Shown piece by piece: positions 19,564-28,874 of a DNA stretch of 64,000 nucleotides. Numbering within the stretch: position 1 is the stretch's first letter; each line of letters starts with the position of its first letter. This DNA comes from Nannocystales bacterium. Lineage in GTDB: Bacteria; Myxococcota_A; Polyangia; Nannocystales; Nannocystaceae. The stretch spans positions 288,001 through 352,000 of the forward strand of contig JBOEGF010000024.1 of the NCBI GenBank assembly GCA_050633305.1. Direction: 5' to 3'. A model generated the notes under the pieces. It ran no database searches. It saw only the letters and a program-made list of their open reading frames with translations, and was not told where the DNA came from. A program made the translations under genes and the position numbers.

Positions 19564-20601
19564 ATGTCCAGCCCCGACGTGGTGTGCATCTTCAACCCGG
19601 TGTCCGGCGGCGGGAAGACCCGCAGGTGTGTCGCGACAGCTCGTCCCGTGCTTGAGGAAGCCTTCGAGAACATCGAGTTTCGTGCGACCGAGGGTCCCGG
19701 GCACGCCACGATACTGGCCCGAGGGGCGCTTGAACAAGGCGCGTCGTTGGTGATCGCATTCGGCGGCGACGGGACGACCAACGAGGTCCTGGCCGGCTTT
19801 GTGGGGGAGGACGGGGTCAACCGCTTCCCCGGTGCCGAGCTGGCGATCGTGGCCACCGGGACGGGGAGCGACTTCGTTCGACATCTGGGGCCCGCGACGC
19901 TCGAACAACAGATCCGAGCTGTCATCGACGGCCCCGCATGCCCGGTCGACTATGGTGTCGCGCAGATGGTGTCCAGCGATGGGCAGCCGCTGACCCGTCC
20001 GTTCCTCAACGAGGCGAGCGTGGGCGTCAGTGGGTTGGTGGGAAAACACGTCCAGCGGGCGCCCCGCATGTTCGGCCCCGCGGCGTCGTACGTCTGGAGT
20101 TCGGTTCGGAGCATCTCGGAGCATCGGGACAAGGGCATCACGATGCTGCTCGAGGACGATGTCCCGGTTCGTATTCCGCTGACGCTGGCGGTGTTCGCCA
20201 ACGGTCAGTACTTTGGGGGGGGCATGTGGATCGCACCCGAGGCCCGCTGTGACGATGGCTGGCTCGACGTTCTGTACACCGGGGGCAGCGGCAAGGCGCA
20301 CTTCCTCAGTCTGCTGGCGCGGGTGTTCGTCGGCAAGCACCTGAGCTCGTCCAGCGTCCGGACCGCACGGTCGCGGACCGTTCGCATGGTTCCCGATGAC
20401 GACCGCGATGTCGTGCTGATCGCACTCGATGGCGAGCAGCCTGGGCGACTTCCTGCGACGTTCCACATCGTCCATCATGGGATTCGAGTGCGTGCCCACG
20501 GCCTTCCCGCGCGCGATCCAGCCAGTACCGGGTTGTTCAAGCCCGTGGGCAACGAGGACGAGGAGCCCACGCCGGTCCATGTCGGCCGGCTCGTTCACTA
20601 G
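19564..20601 (+). CDS. Diacylglycerol/lipid kinase family protein (YegS/DgkA-like)
   Basis: Motifs NPVSGGG, GGDGTTNEV, GTGSDF, NGQYFGGGM, DGE. Confidence 0.9.
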   Translation: MSSPDVVCIFNPVSGGGKTRRCVATARPVLEEAFENIEFRATEGPGHATILARGALEQGASLVIAFGGDGTTNEVLAGFVGEDGVNRFPGAELAIVATGTGSDFVRHLGPATLEQQIRAVIDGPACPVDYGVAQMVSSDGQPLTRPFLNEASVGVSGLVGKHVQRAPRMFGPAASYVWSSVRSISEHRDKGITMLLEDDVPVRIPLTLAVFANGQYFGGGMWIAPEARCDDGWLDVLYTGGSGKAHFLSLLARVFVGKHLSSSSVRTARSRTVRMVPDDDRDVVLIALDGEQPGRLPATFHIVHHGIRVRAHGLPARDPASTGLFKPVGNEDEEPTPVHVGRLVH

Positions 20602-21587
20602 CGAATCTCGGCGCTGCGTCTTGGCGTGTGGCCCGGATCGCCCGAAGCGGGTGGGGAGGGGGGCATGGCGCTCAGCACGGTTTCGAACACAACGGTGGCC
20701 ACGGTGGCCAGGCTCTCGCCTGAGACGCGGTCGAGCGCATCGGCATGCGTGTGCCAGGGCTCGTAGTCGTAGTCGATCAGCAACACCGAAGGGATTCCTG
20801 CCCGCGACAGGAACACGTGGTCATCCAAGATGGCGCGGGGGTACGTCGCGTCGATGAAGCTTCGCTCGCCGAGGCCTGCGGCGACACTCCAGATCTTGTT
20901 GACCAACGCGGGGTTTTGTTGGGTCGAGTGAGCCTCCTTCGCGATGCGAAGCTCCGCATCTCCGACCATGTCCAGGACAATGCCGAAGCTTGCTCGAAGG
21001 ACGCTGGGCGGGGACAGGTTGGGGTGGTCTGCGAAGTGGGTGGAACCGGCGCAGTAGCCACCGTGTTTTGGACGACCGAGTTCCTCGCCGTCGAACAGGA
21101 CAACCGTGAATCCGACGTCGTCGGGCAGCGCATCCGCGAGCCGCGGGAGCAGAGCCAGAAGTACGACAACGCCACTCGTGCCATCGTTGGCGCCCGGGAT
21201 CGGGTGAGCGCGCCACGCGGGATCGGGGTCGGACTCGGCCCACGGGCGGATATCGAAATGCGTGGCCAGAACGAACTGTCGCGGCGCATCCGGACGAACG
21301 ACACCGAACAGGTTCGACAGAGGCATCGGCGTCCCGTCCAGAGGGTCGAAGCCTGTGAAGGACTGAACGTGGACGGTCGCCCCGGCCTGAGCGAGGCGCT
21401 GCTCCAGCACTTCGAGACCACGTGACCGGTCCGCTGCGCCCAGGACCCGCGGGACCTCGAGGAGGGCCGCCGTGTCCGCCAGCAGGGCGTCCGGGTCGAA
21501 CGGTGGGTGGGCCGTGGCGGCGGGTGCGTACGTCGGAGGGCCGGGAGCGCACGCCGTGCACACCAACACGAGGACCCATCGCCGCAT
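20598..21587 (-). CDS. M28 family peptidase / glutaminyl cyclase-like lipoprotein
   Basis: Lipobox VCTAC. Motifs [37 protein letters not shown]. Confidence 0.88.
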   Translation of the reverse strand: MRRWVLVLVCTACAPGPPTYAPAATAHPPFDPDALLADTAALLEVPRVLGAADRSRGLEVLEQRLAQAGATVHVQSFTGFDPLDGTPMPLSNLFGVVRPDAPRQFVLATHFDIRPWAESDPDPAWRAHPIPGANDGTSGVVVLLALLPRLADALPDDVGFTVVLFDGEELGRPKHGGYCAGSTHFADHPNLSPPSVLRASFGIVLDMVGDAELRIAKEAHSTQQNPALVNKIWSVAAGLGERSFIDATYPRAILDDHVFLSRAGIPSVLLIDYDYEPWHTHADALDRVSGESLATVATVVFETVLSAMPPSPPASGDPGHTPRRSAEIR

Positions 21588-21706
21588 GCGCAGAGCATAG
21601 AGCGAGGGCCTCGTCGGTGGCCAGCGTGGTCCGGGCTTCGCCCCACCGGTGGGCCACCGGGCGTTCTCTTGCGCGGTAGGTCGCTGTCCGGGTTGCGTGG
21701 CGATGT

Positions 21707-21722
21707 TGGCACGGCACACGCA
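21707..21722 (+). promoter_or_regulatory. Possible sigma-54 (-24/-12) element upstream of recA
   Basis: TGGCACGGCACACGCA: -24 TGGCACG matches, GG-N10-GC spacing is correct, -12 deviates from TTGCW. Confidence 0.3.
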
Positions 21723-21734
21723 GAAGGGCTGGGC

Positions 21735-22778
21735 ATGCCAACGAAGTCCCCGAAGAAGAGTCAATCCGAGCCCAAGTCGTCCAAGGACTCCATCAAGAAG
21801 GCGATCGAAACGATCGTCACGCGGTTCGGCAAAGGAGCACTGATGGCGCTCGGCGCGGATACGGGCGACTTGCCCCGCGTTGAGTGCATCCCGACAGGGT
21901 CGCTTGGTCTCGATCGTGCGTTGGGAATCGGTGGTGTCCCCAAAGGACGCATCACCGAGATCTACGGTCCGGAGGCGTCCGGTAAGACGACGCTTACCTT
22001 GCATCTCATCGCCGAGGCGCAGCGTCGGGGCATCGTCTGTGGATTCATCGACGCCGAACATGCTCTGGATATCCAGTATGCGAAGGCGCTGGGTGTTTCG
22101 CTCGACGAGTTGTTGGTCTCCCAGCCCGATTGCGGCGAGCAAGCCCTGGAGATCGTGGACACCCTGGCAAGGACGGGTTCGGTGGGGTTGCTCGTCGTCG
22201 ATTCGGTCGCAGCCCTCATTCCCCGCGCGGAGCTCGAGGGAGGGATGGGTGACGTCCACGTCGGATTGCAGGCGCGCTTGATGTCGCAGGCGATGCGGAA
22301 GATCTCTGGAGTCGCGCATCAGACCGGAACGACGATCGTGTTCATCAACCAGCTGCGACACAAGATCGGGGTGCAGTTCGGGTCCCCTGAGACGACCACC
22401 GGAGGGAACGCGCTGAAGTACTTCGCAAGTGTTCGGCTGGATATCCGCCGGATCGCGACGATCAAGGATGGGGACCGACCGGTGGCGAGCCGGACCCGGG
22501 TGAAGGTGGCGAAGAACAAGTGCGCCCCGCCGTTTGTGACCACCGAGTTCGAGATCGCGTTCGGCCGAGGAATCGACCGTGAGGCGGAGATCCTGGACGC
22601 CGGCTTGGTCTCCGGAGCGATCGAGAAGAACGGGAGCTGGTTCAGCTGTGGCGGGGAGCGGATGGGGCAGGGGCGTGCGTCGGCCCTACAGTGGCTGCGA
22701 GAACACCCCGACGAGGCCGATGCCATCGTTCAGGCCACCCTCGGCGTTGCTCGGGACGCTCCTGCCGTCGCCGCGTGA
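21735..22778 (+). CDS. recA: Recombinase A (divergent, RecA1-like)
   Basis: Motifs [64 protein letters not shown]. Confidence 0.96.
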   Translation: MPTKSPKKSQSEPKSSKDSIKKAIETIVTRFGKGALMALGADTGDLPRVECIPTGSLGLDRALGIGGVPKGRITEIYGPEASGKTTLTLHLIAEAQRRGIVCGFIDAEHALDIQYAKALGVSLDELLVSQPDCGEQALEIVDTLARTGSVGLLVVDSVAALIPRAELEGGMGDVHVGLQARLMSQAMRKISGVAHQTGTTIVFINQLRHKIGVQFGSPETTTGGNALKYFASVRLDIRRIATIKDGDRPVASRTRVKVAKNKCAPPFVTTEFEIAFGRGIDREAEILDAGLVSGAIEKNGSWFSCGGERMGQGRASALQWLREHPDEADAIVQATLGVARDAPAVAA

Positions 22779-22794
22779 GCCCGCGCCTCGGTCC

Positions 22795-23505
22795 TCAGTC
22801 ATACACGCACTGAAACCCGTCGCAGGACATGCCTCCGGGGCAGGCTTCACCGTCGCGGCAGTCCAGGCTGCACGCGATGCCCTCTCCGCAGAAGAACCCG
22901 CCGGCGAGGGCTGCGATGCAGAACTGGCCAGGGGTCTCGCAGGGTGCACCCTTGACGACGCAGGCCTCGCCGATCTGCGGGCCCAGGACGAGACAGCGAC
23001 CCGGAGCCGTTCCGTCCTCAGGTTGGGGGCACGCGGACTCGTAGTCCTCAGCGCTGAGATCGCAAAAGGGCGCGCAGTAGTTCAAGCTCGCGTCGTAGGT
23101 CGACAGATCGAACGTGTCCGCCGGACATCCGCCGCTGGCGTGTGGATAGTTGGGGTCGCCCCGCGTTGGCTCCCCGGTCGAGTCGCCGTCGGTCATGGCT
23201 GCTCCTGTCGAATCCTCGCTCTCAGCGGTCCCGCTGGCGGACAGGTCGCCGGTCGAGGCTTGGGTTGTCGTGGTGGTGTCCGCTTGGCTCGTTGCGACGT
23301 TGTCGTCGCCGCCCGTTGAACTCCCCGCCGTCTCACTGGGTACGGTCGCGGTCGTCGAGGCACTCGTGCCTCCGCTGGTCGAGCTGACGTCGGACTCGGG
23401 GGGACGAGAGGTTGACTCGGTACAACCGCCGCACAACAGGAGTGCGACGCACAGGGGGCGCATCCCAGCGGTCGTGGGACGTGAATTGGAGTTTGGGTTC
23501 GCCAT
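22795..23505 (-). CDS. Hypothetical Cys-rich lipoprotein with Ser/Thr-rich linker
   Basis: Lipobox LLLCGGC (alternative start 23463), S/T/G/D-rich spacer, Cys-rich C-terminus ending CPGGMSCDGFQCVYD. Confidence 0.7.
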   Translation of the reverse strand: MANPNSNSRPTTAGMRPLCVALLLCGGCTESTSRPPESDVSSTSGGTSASTTATVPSETAGSSTGGDDNVATSQADTTTTTQASTGDLSASGTAESEDSTGAAMTDGDSTGEPTRGDPNYPHASGGCPADTFDLSTYDASLNYCAPFCDLSAEDYESACPQPEDGTAPGRCLVLGPQIGEACVVKGAPCETPGQFCIAALAGGFFCGEGIACSLDCRDGEACPGGMSCDGFQCVYD

Positions 23506-24034
23506 GGTGGTCGGGTCGGCGAGCGTCGAGTCTCGATGCATGCGGCGGAGCGTCGGGCTCCGCGGCGGCGCCGACGTTGCCGGTCGGCGAAGACAGTAGG
23601 GACGACGCTTTTCTCCCGACAGGACCGAAACGGTCGGATGCGCGACCGCTTTGGTCCGGGGCGAGGCACGCTGGGCTCGATTCCCTCCGTAGACAGGTGG
23701 AGCTCGAGCCGGGGATCGAGGACCGCGAGCGGAGCTGTGGCGTCCGACGGCGGTCCCCGAGCACGCCGGTTGTGTCCCGATGGCCGCTCCGTCGAGGCTC
23801 CGCTCCCGCAGGCTCTGCGAACGCTGGCTCGCGCGAGGGTCACGGTGCGTGTTGCGTGGCCCTTGCGGGTAGTGCGCCTCAGGGGGTGTTCGGGCGATTG
23901 GCCGGTCTGTGTGCAACTCGACGCGAGGTGGGTCGTCTCTTGGTACGCAATCTCCACGCGCGCGGTTGCGTGGTTCGTCCTTGCGTCGGTCGTTCCGCGT
24001 TGCGAAACTCGCGCCCACTCCCCCGGAGGAACGA

Positions 24035-25909
24035 GTGAGTAGCTACTACGTTCTCAAGATCCAATACGTCAATCGTCCGCCCGAGACACGCAACATCAGC
24101 GCTCCGACCACCGCCGTCGGTCGAGAGTCGGGCGACATCGTTCTCAACGACCCTCAGACGTCGGGTCGCCACGCCGAGGTCGTCTTCCAGGGCGGGCAAG
24201 TCCGCGTCCGTGATGCGGGGAGTACCAACGGTACTTGGTTCAACGGCCAGCGGCTGACGGACTTCGCCATGGAGCCCGGGCAGTGGTTCCAGGTCGGGCA
24301 GACCACGCTGCAGCTCATGGCAGTGCATGGCGCCGCGGCACCGGGTCCCGCACCAGGCCCAGCAAAGACAATGATGGCCATGGGGGCACCACCTCCGGCG
24401 GCTGGACCTGCGGCAGCGCCAGGCAGTGCTCCGGTTGGATGGGCTCCTCCCGGCGGTGCCGCTCCCGCGCCCGCTCCAGCTCCGGCACCTGCGCCCGCTC
24501 CAGCTCCCGCAGCAGCGGCTCCCCCAGCTCCTGGCGGCTATCCGCCGGCGGGTGGTGGCGGTTATCCGCCGTCTCAGCCCGCGCCCGGGGGATTTCCTCC
24601 TCCTGGGGCGCCCGGCGGTGCACCGGTCCCAGCACCGGGTCCGGCACCAGGGATGGCTCCCCCGGCAGGCGCTCCTGCGCCGGGCATGGCACCCCCGCCG
24701 GGGATGGGCCCAGGTCCGGCACCTGGTCCCGCGCCTGGCCCCGCGCCTGGGATGGGTCCGGGCCCCGCACCGGGCATGGCACCCACGCCAGGAATGGGTC
24801 CTGGCCCCGCACCGGGCATGGCGCCCGCACCCGGAATGGCCCCGCCTGGAGGGATGGCACCCGGGCAGCCACCGGGTCCCGCTCCGGGCTACCCCGCACC
24901 GGGGCATCCTCCCGGAGCCGCGCCGGGCATGGGCCCGGGTCCCGGAGCCATGGCACCGATGGGCGCAGCTGCGCCTGCGATGGGTGCCCCCGGGATGGCA
25001 CCCATGGGCATGGGCGGCGGCGGTGTCCGCCCCAAGTTTCAGGGCTCCGGTGGTGAACTTCTTGTGACCTGCTTGGTGGGCGTGCTGCTGTGCATTGTCA
25101 CGGCATACATTTACCTGCCTTGGTTCGTGTGCAAGATGGCGCGCTACGTCGCCAACAACACGACACTCGGGCCGACCCGACGCGGTGAACTCCGCGTCGA
25201 GTTCACGGGGACCGGCGGTGAGCTGTTCGTCGCGTACCTGGTCGGCATGCTGCTGACGATGATCACGTTCGGCATCTACACGCCGTGGTTCATCTGCAAG
25301 ATGATCAAGTTCTTCACGGAGAACACCCAGGCTGTGGCGCCCGATGGCACGCGCTATCGCCTCGGCTTCGATGGGACCGGCGGCGAGCTGTTCGTCACGT
25401 ACCTCGTGGGCGCGATCCTCAGCGCGATCACGTTCTACATCTACATGCCCTGGTTCATGTGCAAGTTGGTCAAGTGGGCCAACAGCAACACGCGGATCCT
25501 GGAGAACGAGCAGCCCGTGGGGTCGCTGGACTTCGAGGGCACCGGTGGCGAGCTGTTCGTGGCCTATCTGGTCGGCATGCTGCTCACCATGATCACCGCC
25601 GGCATCTACATGCCCTGGTTCTCGGTCAAGATGACGAAGTTCTTCGCTGAAGGTACGCGCGTGACCTACCAAGGGCGGGTGTTCCAAGGGCAGTTCCACG
25701 GCACGGGCGGCGAACTGTTCGTCATCATGCTGCTGCACGGCTTCCTCACCGTCATCACCGCCTACATCTACTTGCCCTGGTTCCTGGTCAAGCAGTGGGA
25801 GTTCGACATCAACAACCGTGAGTTCTCAGAAATGGGTGGCGCGGGAGCTGGGATGGGTGGCCCAGCGTTCCAGCCAAACATGCCTCAGATGCAGATGCCG
25901 TTGCGCTGA
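24035..25909 (+). CDS. FHA domain + Pro/Gly-rich linker + five DUF898(YjgN)-like membrane repeats
   Basis: GGAGG SD before GTG. FHA motifs VGR, SGRHAEV, DAGSTNGTWFNG. C-terminal repeats F.GTGGELFV.YLVG.LL..IT..IY.PWF. Confidence 0.85.
   Translation: MSSYYVLKIQYVNRPPETRNISAPTTAVGRESGDIVLNDPQTSGRHAEVVFQGGQVRVRDAGSTNGTWFNGQRLTDFAMEPGQWFQVGQTTLQLMAVHGAAAPGPAPGPAKTMMAMGAPPPAAGPAAAPGSAPVGWAPPGGAAPAPAPAPAPAPAPAPAAAAPPAPGGYPPAGGGGYPPSQPAPGGFPPPGAPGGAPVPAPGPAPGMAPPAGAPAPGMAPPPGMGPGPAPGPAPGPAPGMGPGPAPGMAPTPGMGPGPAPGMAPAPGMAPPGGMAPGQPPGPAPGYPAPGHPPGAAPGMGPGPGAMAPMGAAAPAMGAPGMAPMGMGGGGVRPKFQGSGGELLVTCLVGVLLCIVTAYIYLPWFVCKMARYVANNTTLGPTRRGELRVEFTGTGGELFVAYLVGMLLTMITFGIYTPWFICKMIKFFTENTQAVAPDGTRYRLGFDGTGGELFVTYLVGAILSAITFYIYMPWFMCKLVKWANSNTRILENEQPVGSLDFEGTGGELFVAYLVGMLLTMITAGIYMPWFSVKMTKFFAEGTRVTYQGRVFQGQFHGTGGELFVIMLLHGFLTVITAYIYLPWFLVKQWEFDINNREFSEMGGAGAGMGGPAFQPNMPQMQMPLR
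24325..25025 (+). repeat. Low-complexity coding repeats (PAPGM[AG]P / PAPA)
   Basis: Repeated ccgggcatggcacc/ccgggtcc units encoding a Pro-Ala-Gly-Met linker. Confidence 0.75.
25037..25820 (+). repeat. Five tandem ~165-bp (55-aa) internal repeats
   Basis: Units start at 25037, 25202, 25367, 25532 and 25694 (spacing 165,165,165,162). Confidence 0.88.
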
Positions 25910-25931
25910 GCGACACAGCACCTCCGCAAAC

Positions 25932-25960
25932 AAGGCGCCCCTTCGTGGGCGCCTTTTTTT
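25932..25960 (+). terminator. Rho-independent terminator
   Basis: aaggcgccc-cttcgt-gggcgcctt followed by a T-tract. Confidence 0.85.
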
Positions 25961-26188
25961 GTCTGCTGCCGCAGCAGCCAGCGGCCACCGTTCCGCTCCT
26001 CCGCAACGGAACAGCGAAGTCCGTCGGTGGCCACCGCCACCGACTCACGTTGATTGCCTCGCATCGACGGGCGTAACCCCACGCGAGGGTTGCGGCGGAC
26101 CCCGCGACCGCGCCGCCGGGGTTGGGGACTCCACAGGAGTCGGGCTCTTCACCGCGCCTCAACGCGTCGCGGTGGGCTTGAGCCGGGC

Positions 26189-26221
26189 AAGAAAAAGAGG
26201 AGAGCCGCCGGGGCTCTCCTC
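26189..26221 (-). terminator. Rho-independent terminator of the anti-sigma gene
   Basis: 10-bp stem gaggagagcc/ggctctcctc preceded by aagaaaaa on + (a U-tract on -). Confidence 0.7.
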
Positions 26222-26268
26222 CTGTTCCATCTCCCTGTCCGTCCCCATGGGGACGGAGTCGATTGCGA

Positions 26269-27987
26269 CTACAGCGAGCTTTTCAGCTCGGGAAAGCGCT
26301 GGATGATCTTGCCGACGAAGCGACCGTTGGGATAGGCGTCCAGATAGGCGCCGGCTCGTTCGAGAGCGACGCTGATACGTCCGTCCTCCGTGGCCGAGAG
26401 CCATAGGCGGTAGTACGCCTTCTCGACCTGGCGGCCATTGGGTGCCCGACGCAGGTAGGTCTTGAGGTCGACCTCTGCGGTCTTGTAGTCGAGCGCGTAG
26501 TCCATCCGCAGCATGCCTCGCAGCAAGTACGCCTCTGCGGCCAGCGGGTGGTCGTCGTACTCCTTGAGGAACTTTCCAATGCAGGTCGCGGCCAAATAGC
26601 GGGTGTCGTTGGTCGCGTACAAGTCTCGGCAGTTGGCCAAGGCTGCGAGCAGCTCCTTGCGGCGGGCCGTCGCGGCGCCCTTCATCAGGTCCGCAATGAT
26701 GTCGTCGCCGTCGTTCTCGACGCGGCGTGCAGCGGGCTTGATGGGCAAGGGCTCGGGCTGCGGTTGAGGGCTGCTGCTTCGGGTCGAAGCTCCGCCCGTG
26801 CCCATGACGCGAATGGAGGGACCTTCGATGACGCCGGTGCGGGAGCGCTCCGGAACGTAGGCCAAGGTGCGGCTCTTGAGGTCGGTGGGGAGTCCCGGGA
26901 CATGCCAGCTCGCGGGCACCCGGGCCTCCAGCGAGCCGCCGGCGGCAGCGTCCATCGAGATGGGAAGCGCCGACTGGACCTCGAAGCGGCCTACGGTGTC
27001 GTAATTGCCTTTGGCAACGTCGTAGCGATCGCCGGACTCGACCTCCGCGACCGTCTGATTGGTGGCGGGGTCGAGGATCTCGACCTGCCCCCGAAGCACG
27101 GACACGGCGCTGCCTTCATCCTCTTCAACCTGAACGGTGAAGACCGTCCCGACGACACGGACGACAGCGGTGGGCGTGCGGACTTGCAAGATGGGGTCGC
27201 TGGCGTCGCGGTCGTAGCGGACGGCAAGCATGCCCTGGTCGATCTGGAGCTCGACCAACGATGCGCTGCCCTTGACCCAAGTGACCTTGGAGCCAGGCGT
27301 CGCGTTGGCGACCATCTTGCCGAGCAGGCCGATCTGCAGAGACTCGTTGTCGTCGACTTCGAAGCGGGTGCCGACTTCAAAGGTGTTCGAACGCGACGCA
27401 TCGCCATCGGAGTCGACCATCACGGCTGAGCCGCCAACGACGCGACCGTAGGCTTGGGCGGCGTGGCGAATGCTCGAGCGCTCGCCCGAGTCTCCGGAGA
27501 ACGAGCCGCCGGTCCCGCCCATGTCTGCTCGTGCGACGCCTGAGGCCGAGGTGGCGGAGTCGTCGCTCGTGAATCCGAGCGAGGCCGGGGTGACGCCCGC
27601 AAGTGAGAGGGCCAAGGCCGCAGCACTGCACGCGAGGACGCCGACGCCCGCGCGGAGTGTGAACGTGTGGTACCAGGGCGCGGGTTTTTCGTCCCGCATG
27701 CGTCGGAGGATGGAGTGGAACTCCTTCTCTTCCGCGAGGCCTGGCGTCCGGCTTGCGGTCTGGCCCGGGGTCTGGCCCGGGGTCAAGGCGGGCGTCTGGG
27801 GAACGACGGGCCCTTCGTAGAGGGCGTACAGCAGCCGGTTCATCTGGCGGCAGTCCCGACAACCCCGAAGGTGGTTGTCGAAGAGTGCCCGGACCTCTGC
27901 CGTGGCACGGTTGCCCATCACGAGCTCTGCGTCTTCTCGTGCTTCTGGGCAGCCGTAGCGGGCTGGAGTGTGTGGTGGGTGAGCCAT
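26269..27987 (-). CDS. Anti-sigma factor: zf-HC2 (ZAS) + TM + FecR domain + TPR-like C-terminus
   Basis: HLRGCRDC (HxxxCxxC), a TM segment, FecR motif VRTPTAVVRVVGTVFTV...VSVLRGQVEI, C-terminal YLRRAPNGR / YLDAYPNGRF helices. Confidence 0.85.
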   Translation of the reverse strand: MAHPPHTPARYGCPEAREDAELVMGNRATAEVRALFDNHLRGCRDCRQMNRLLYALYEGPVVPQTPALTPGQTPGQTASRTPGLAEEKEFHSILRRMRDEKPAPWYHTFTLRAGVGVLACSAAALALSLAGVTPASLGFTSDDSATSASGVARADMGGTGGSFSGDSGERSSIRHAAQAYGRVVGGSAVMVDSDGDASRSNTFEVGTRFEVDDNESLQIGLLGKMVANATPGSKVTWVKGSASLVELQIDQGMLAVRYDRDASDPILQVRTPTAVVRVVGTVFTVQVEEDEGSAVSVLRGQVEILDPATNQTVAEVESGDRYDVAKGNYDTVGRFEVQSALPISMDAAAGGSLEARVPASWHVPGLPTDLKSRTLAYVPERSRTGVIEGPSIRVMGTGGASTRSSSPQPQPEPLPIKPAARRVENDGDDIIADLMKGAATARRKELLAALANCRDLYATNDTRYLAATCIGKFLKEYDDHPLAAEAYLLRGMLRMDYALDYKTAEVDLKTYLRRAPNGRQVEKAYYRLWLSATEDGRISVALERAGAYLDAYPNGRFVGKIIQRFPELKSSL

Positions 27988-28022
27988 CTTGGTCCTAGAG
28001 GTCCGTGCCAAAGAGGTGTGGC

Positions 28023-28703
28023 TTAGGAAGCAACGAGCTCCCGGAGTTTCTTACGAGCCCGTGTCAGGCGGTCGCCGACCGTCGAGACAGGCTTCTTAAG
28101 AATGTTCCCGATCTCTTGGAGCGTGAGGCCTTCGTAGTGATAGAGCACGAAGACTTCTCGCAGGTCGGGGTTGAGTCGTTGCAGGATGCGGTGGGCTTCG
28201 TCGCGGGCTTCGACGCGACTTGTGCTGACCCGGCCGGCTTCTCGACCGGCGTTGAACCAGGACAGGGCAGTCTTCACGCGGTCCCGTCGGAACCGCTGGC
28301 GCAACAGGTTGTGGGTCGTGTTGGCCGTGATGCGATAGAGCCACGTGGAGAGGGCGGAGTTGCCCTGAAACTTCTCGAGCGCGTTGAAGGCTCGAGCAAA
28401 GACGATCTGCGTGAGATCGTCGATCTCGCAGTCGCGCCCAAGGAGCCGGTACAGGTGGGCTCGGACCTGGGCGTTGTGGGAGTTGTAGATCTCGCGAAGG
28501 GCTCGGTGCTCGCCCGCCTTGGCCCGGACGACGAGCTGTTGTTCTGCCGCCGAGAGGGTCGAGACTCCGGAAAGACTGTCGCTGCTCTCGTCTGATCGCG
28601 CCTGTGCACCGCGGGTCGACACACCCGCTGTGTCCATCTCCAGGGGGAGAGCGATGTTGTTCGCGTGCTGAGCCATTCCGGACTTGGAAGAACCTTCCTG
28701 CAT
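28023..28703 (-). CDS. ECF sigma-70 family RNA polymerase sigma factor
   Basis: Motifs DDLTQIVF, FQGNSALSTWLYRITAN, LREVFVLYHYEGLTLQEIG, TVGDRLTRARKKL. GAAGGGG SD before ATG 28703. Confidence 0.92.
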   Translation of the reverse strand: MQEGSSKSGMAQHANNIALPLEMDTAGVSTRGAQARSDESSDSLSGVSTLSAAEQQLVVRAKAGEHRALREIYNSHNAQVRAHLYRLLGRDCEIDDLTQIVFARAFNALEKFQGNSALSTWLYRITANTTHNLLRQRFRRDRVKTALSWFNAGREAGRVSTSRVEARDEAHRILQRLNPDLREVFVLYHYEGLTLQEIGNILKKPVSTVGDRLTRARKKLRELVAS

Positions 28704-28874
28704 GTAGGACACCCCTTCGCTCCGGTTTTCCGGCGCTTTTTTCAATGTACAGCGCACTGGCACTTTTAGAAACCACCATGAGCGCGCACACGCGCGCATC
28801 GCGAAGTAATTGTCGTGGGGTCGACGCAGTTGTCGCTTGCACCGCTCACTCCGCATTCGGCATCGTGACGGGAG

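Noticed and set aside
20598..22361. 587-aa ORF suggesting a long N-terminal fusion on the M28 peptidase
   Set aside because: The first ~258 aa are antisense to recA and its promoter. The lipoprotein signal starts at 21587.
25037..25820. Regularly spaced repeats considered as a CRISPR array
   Set aside because: They are in-frame, 165-bp, synonymously diverged protein repeats with no unique spacers and no cas genes.
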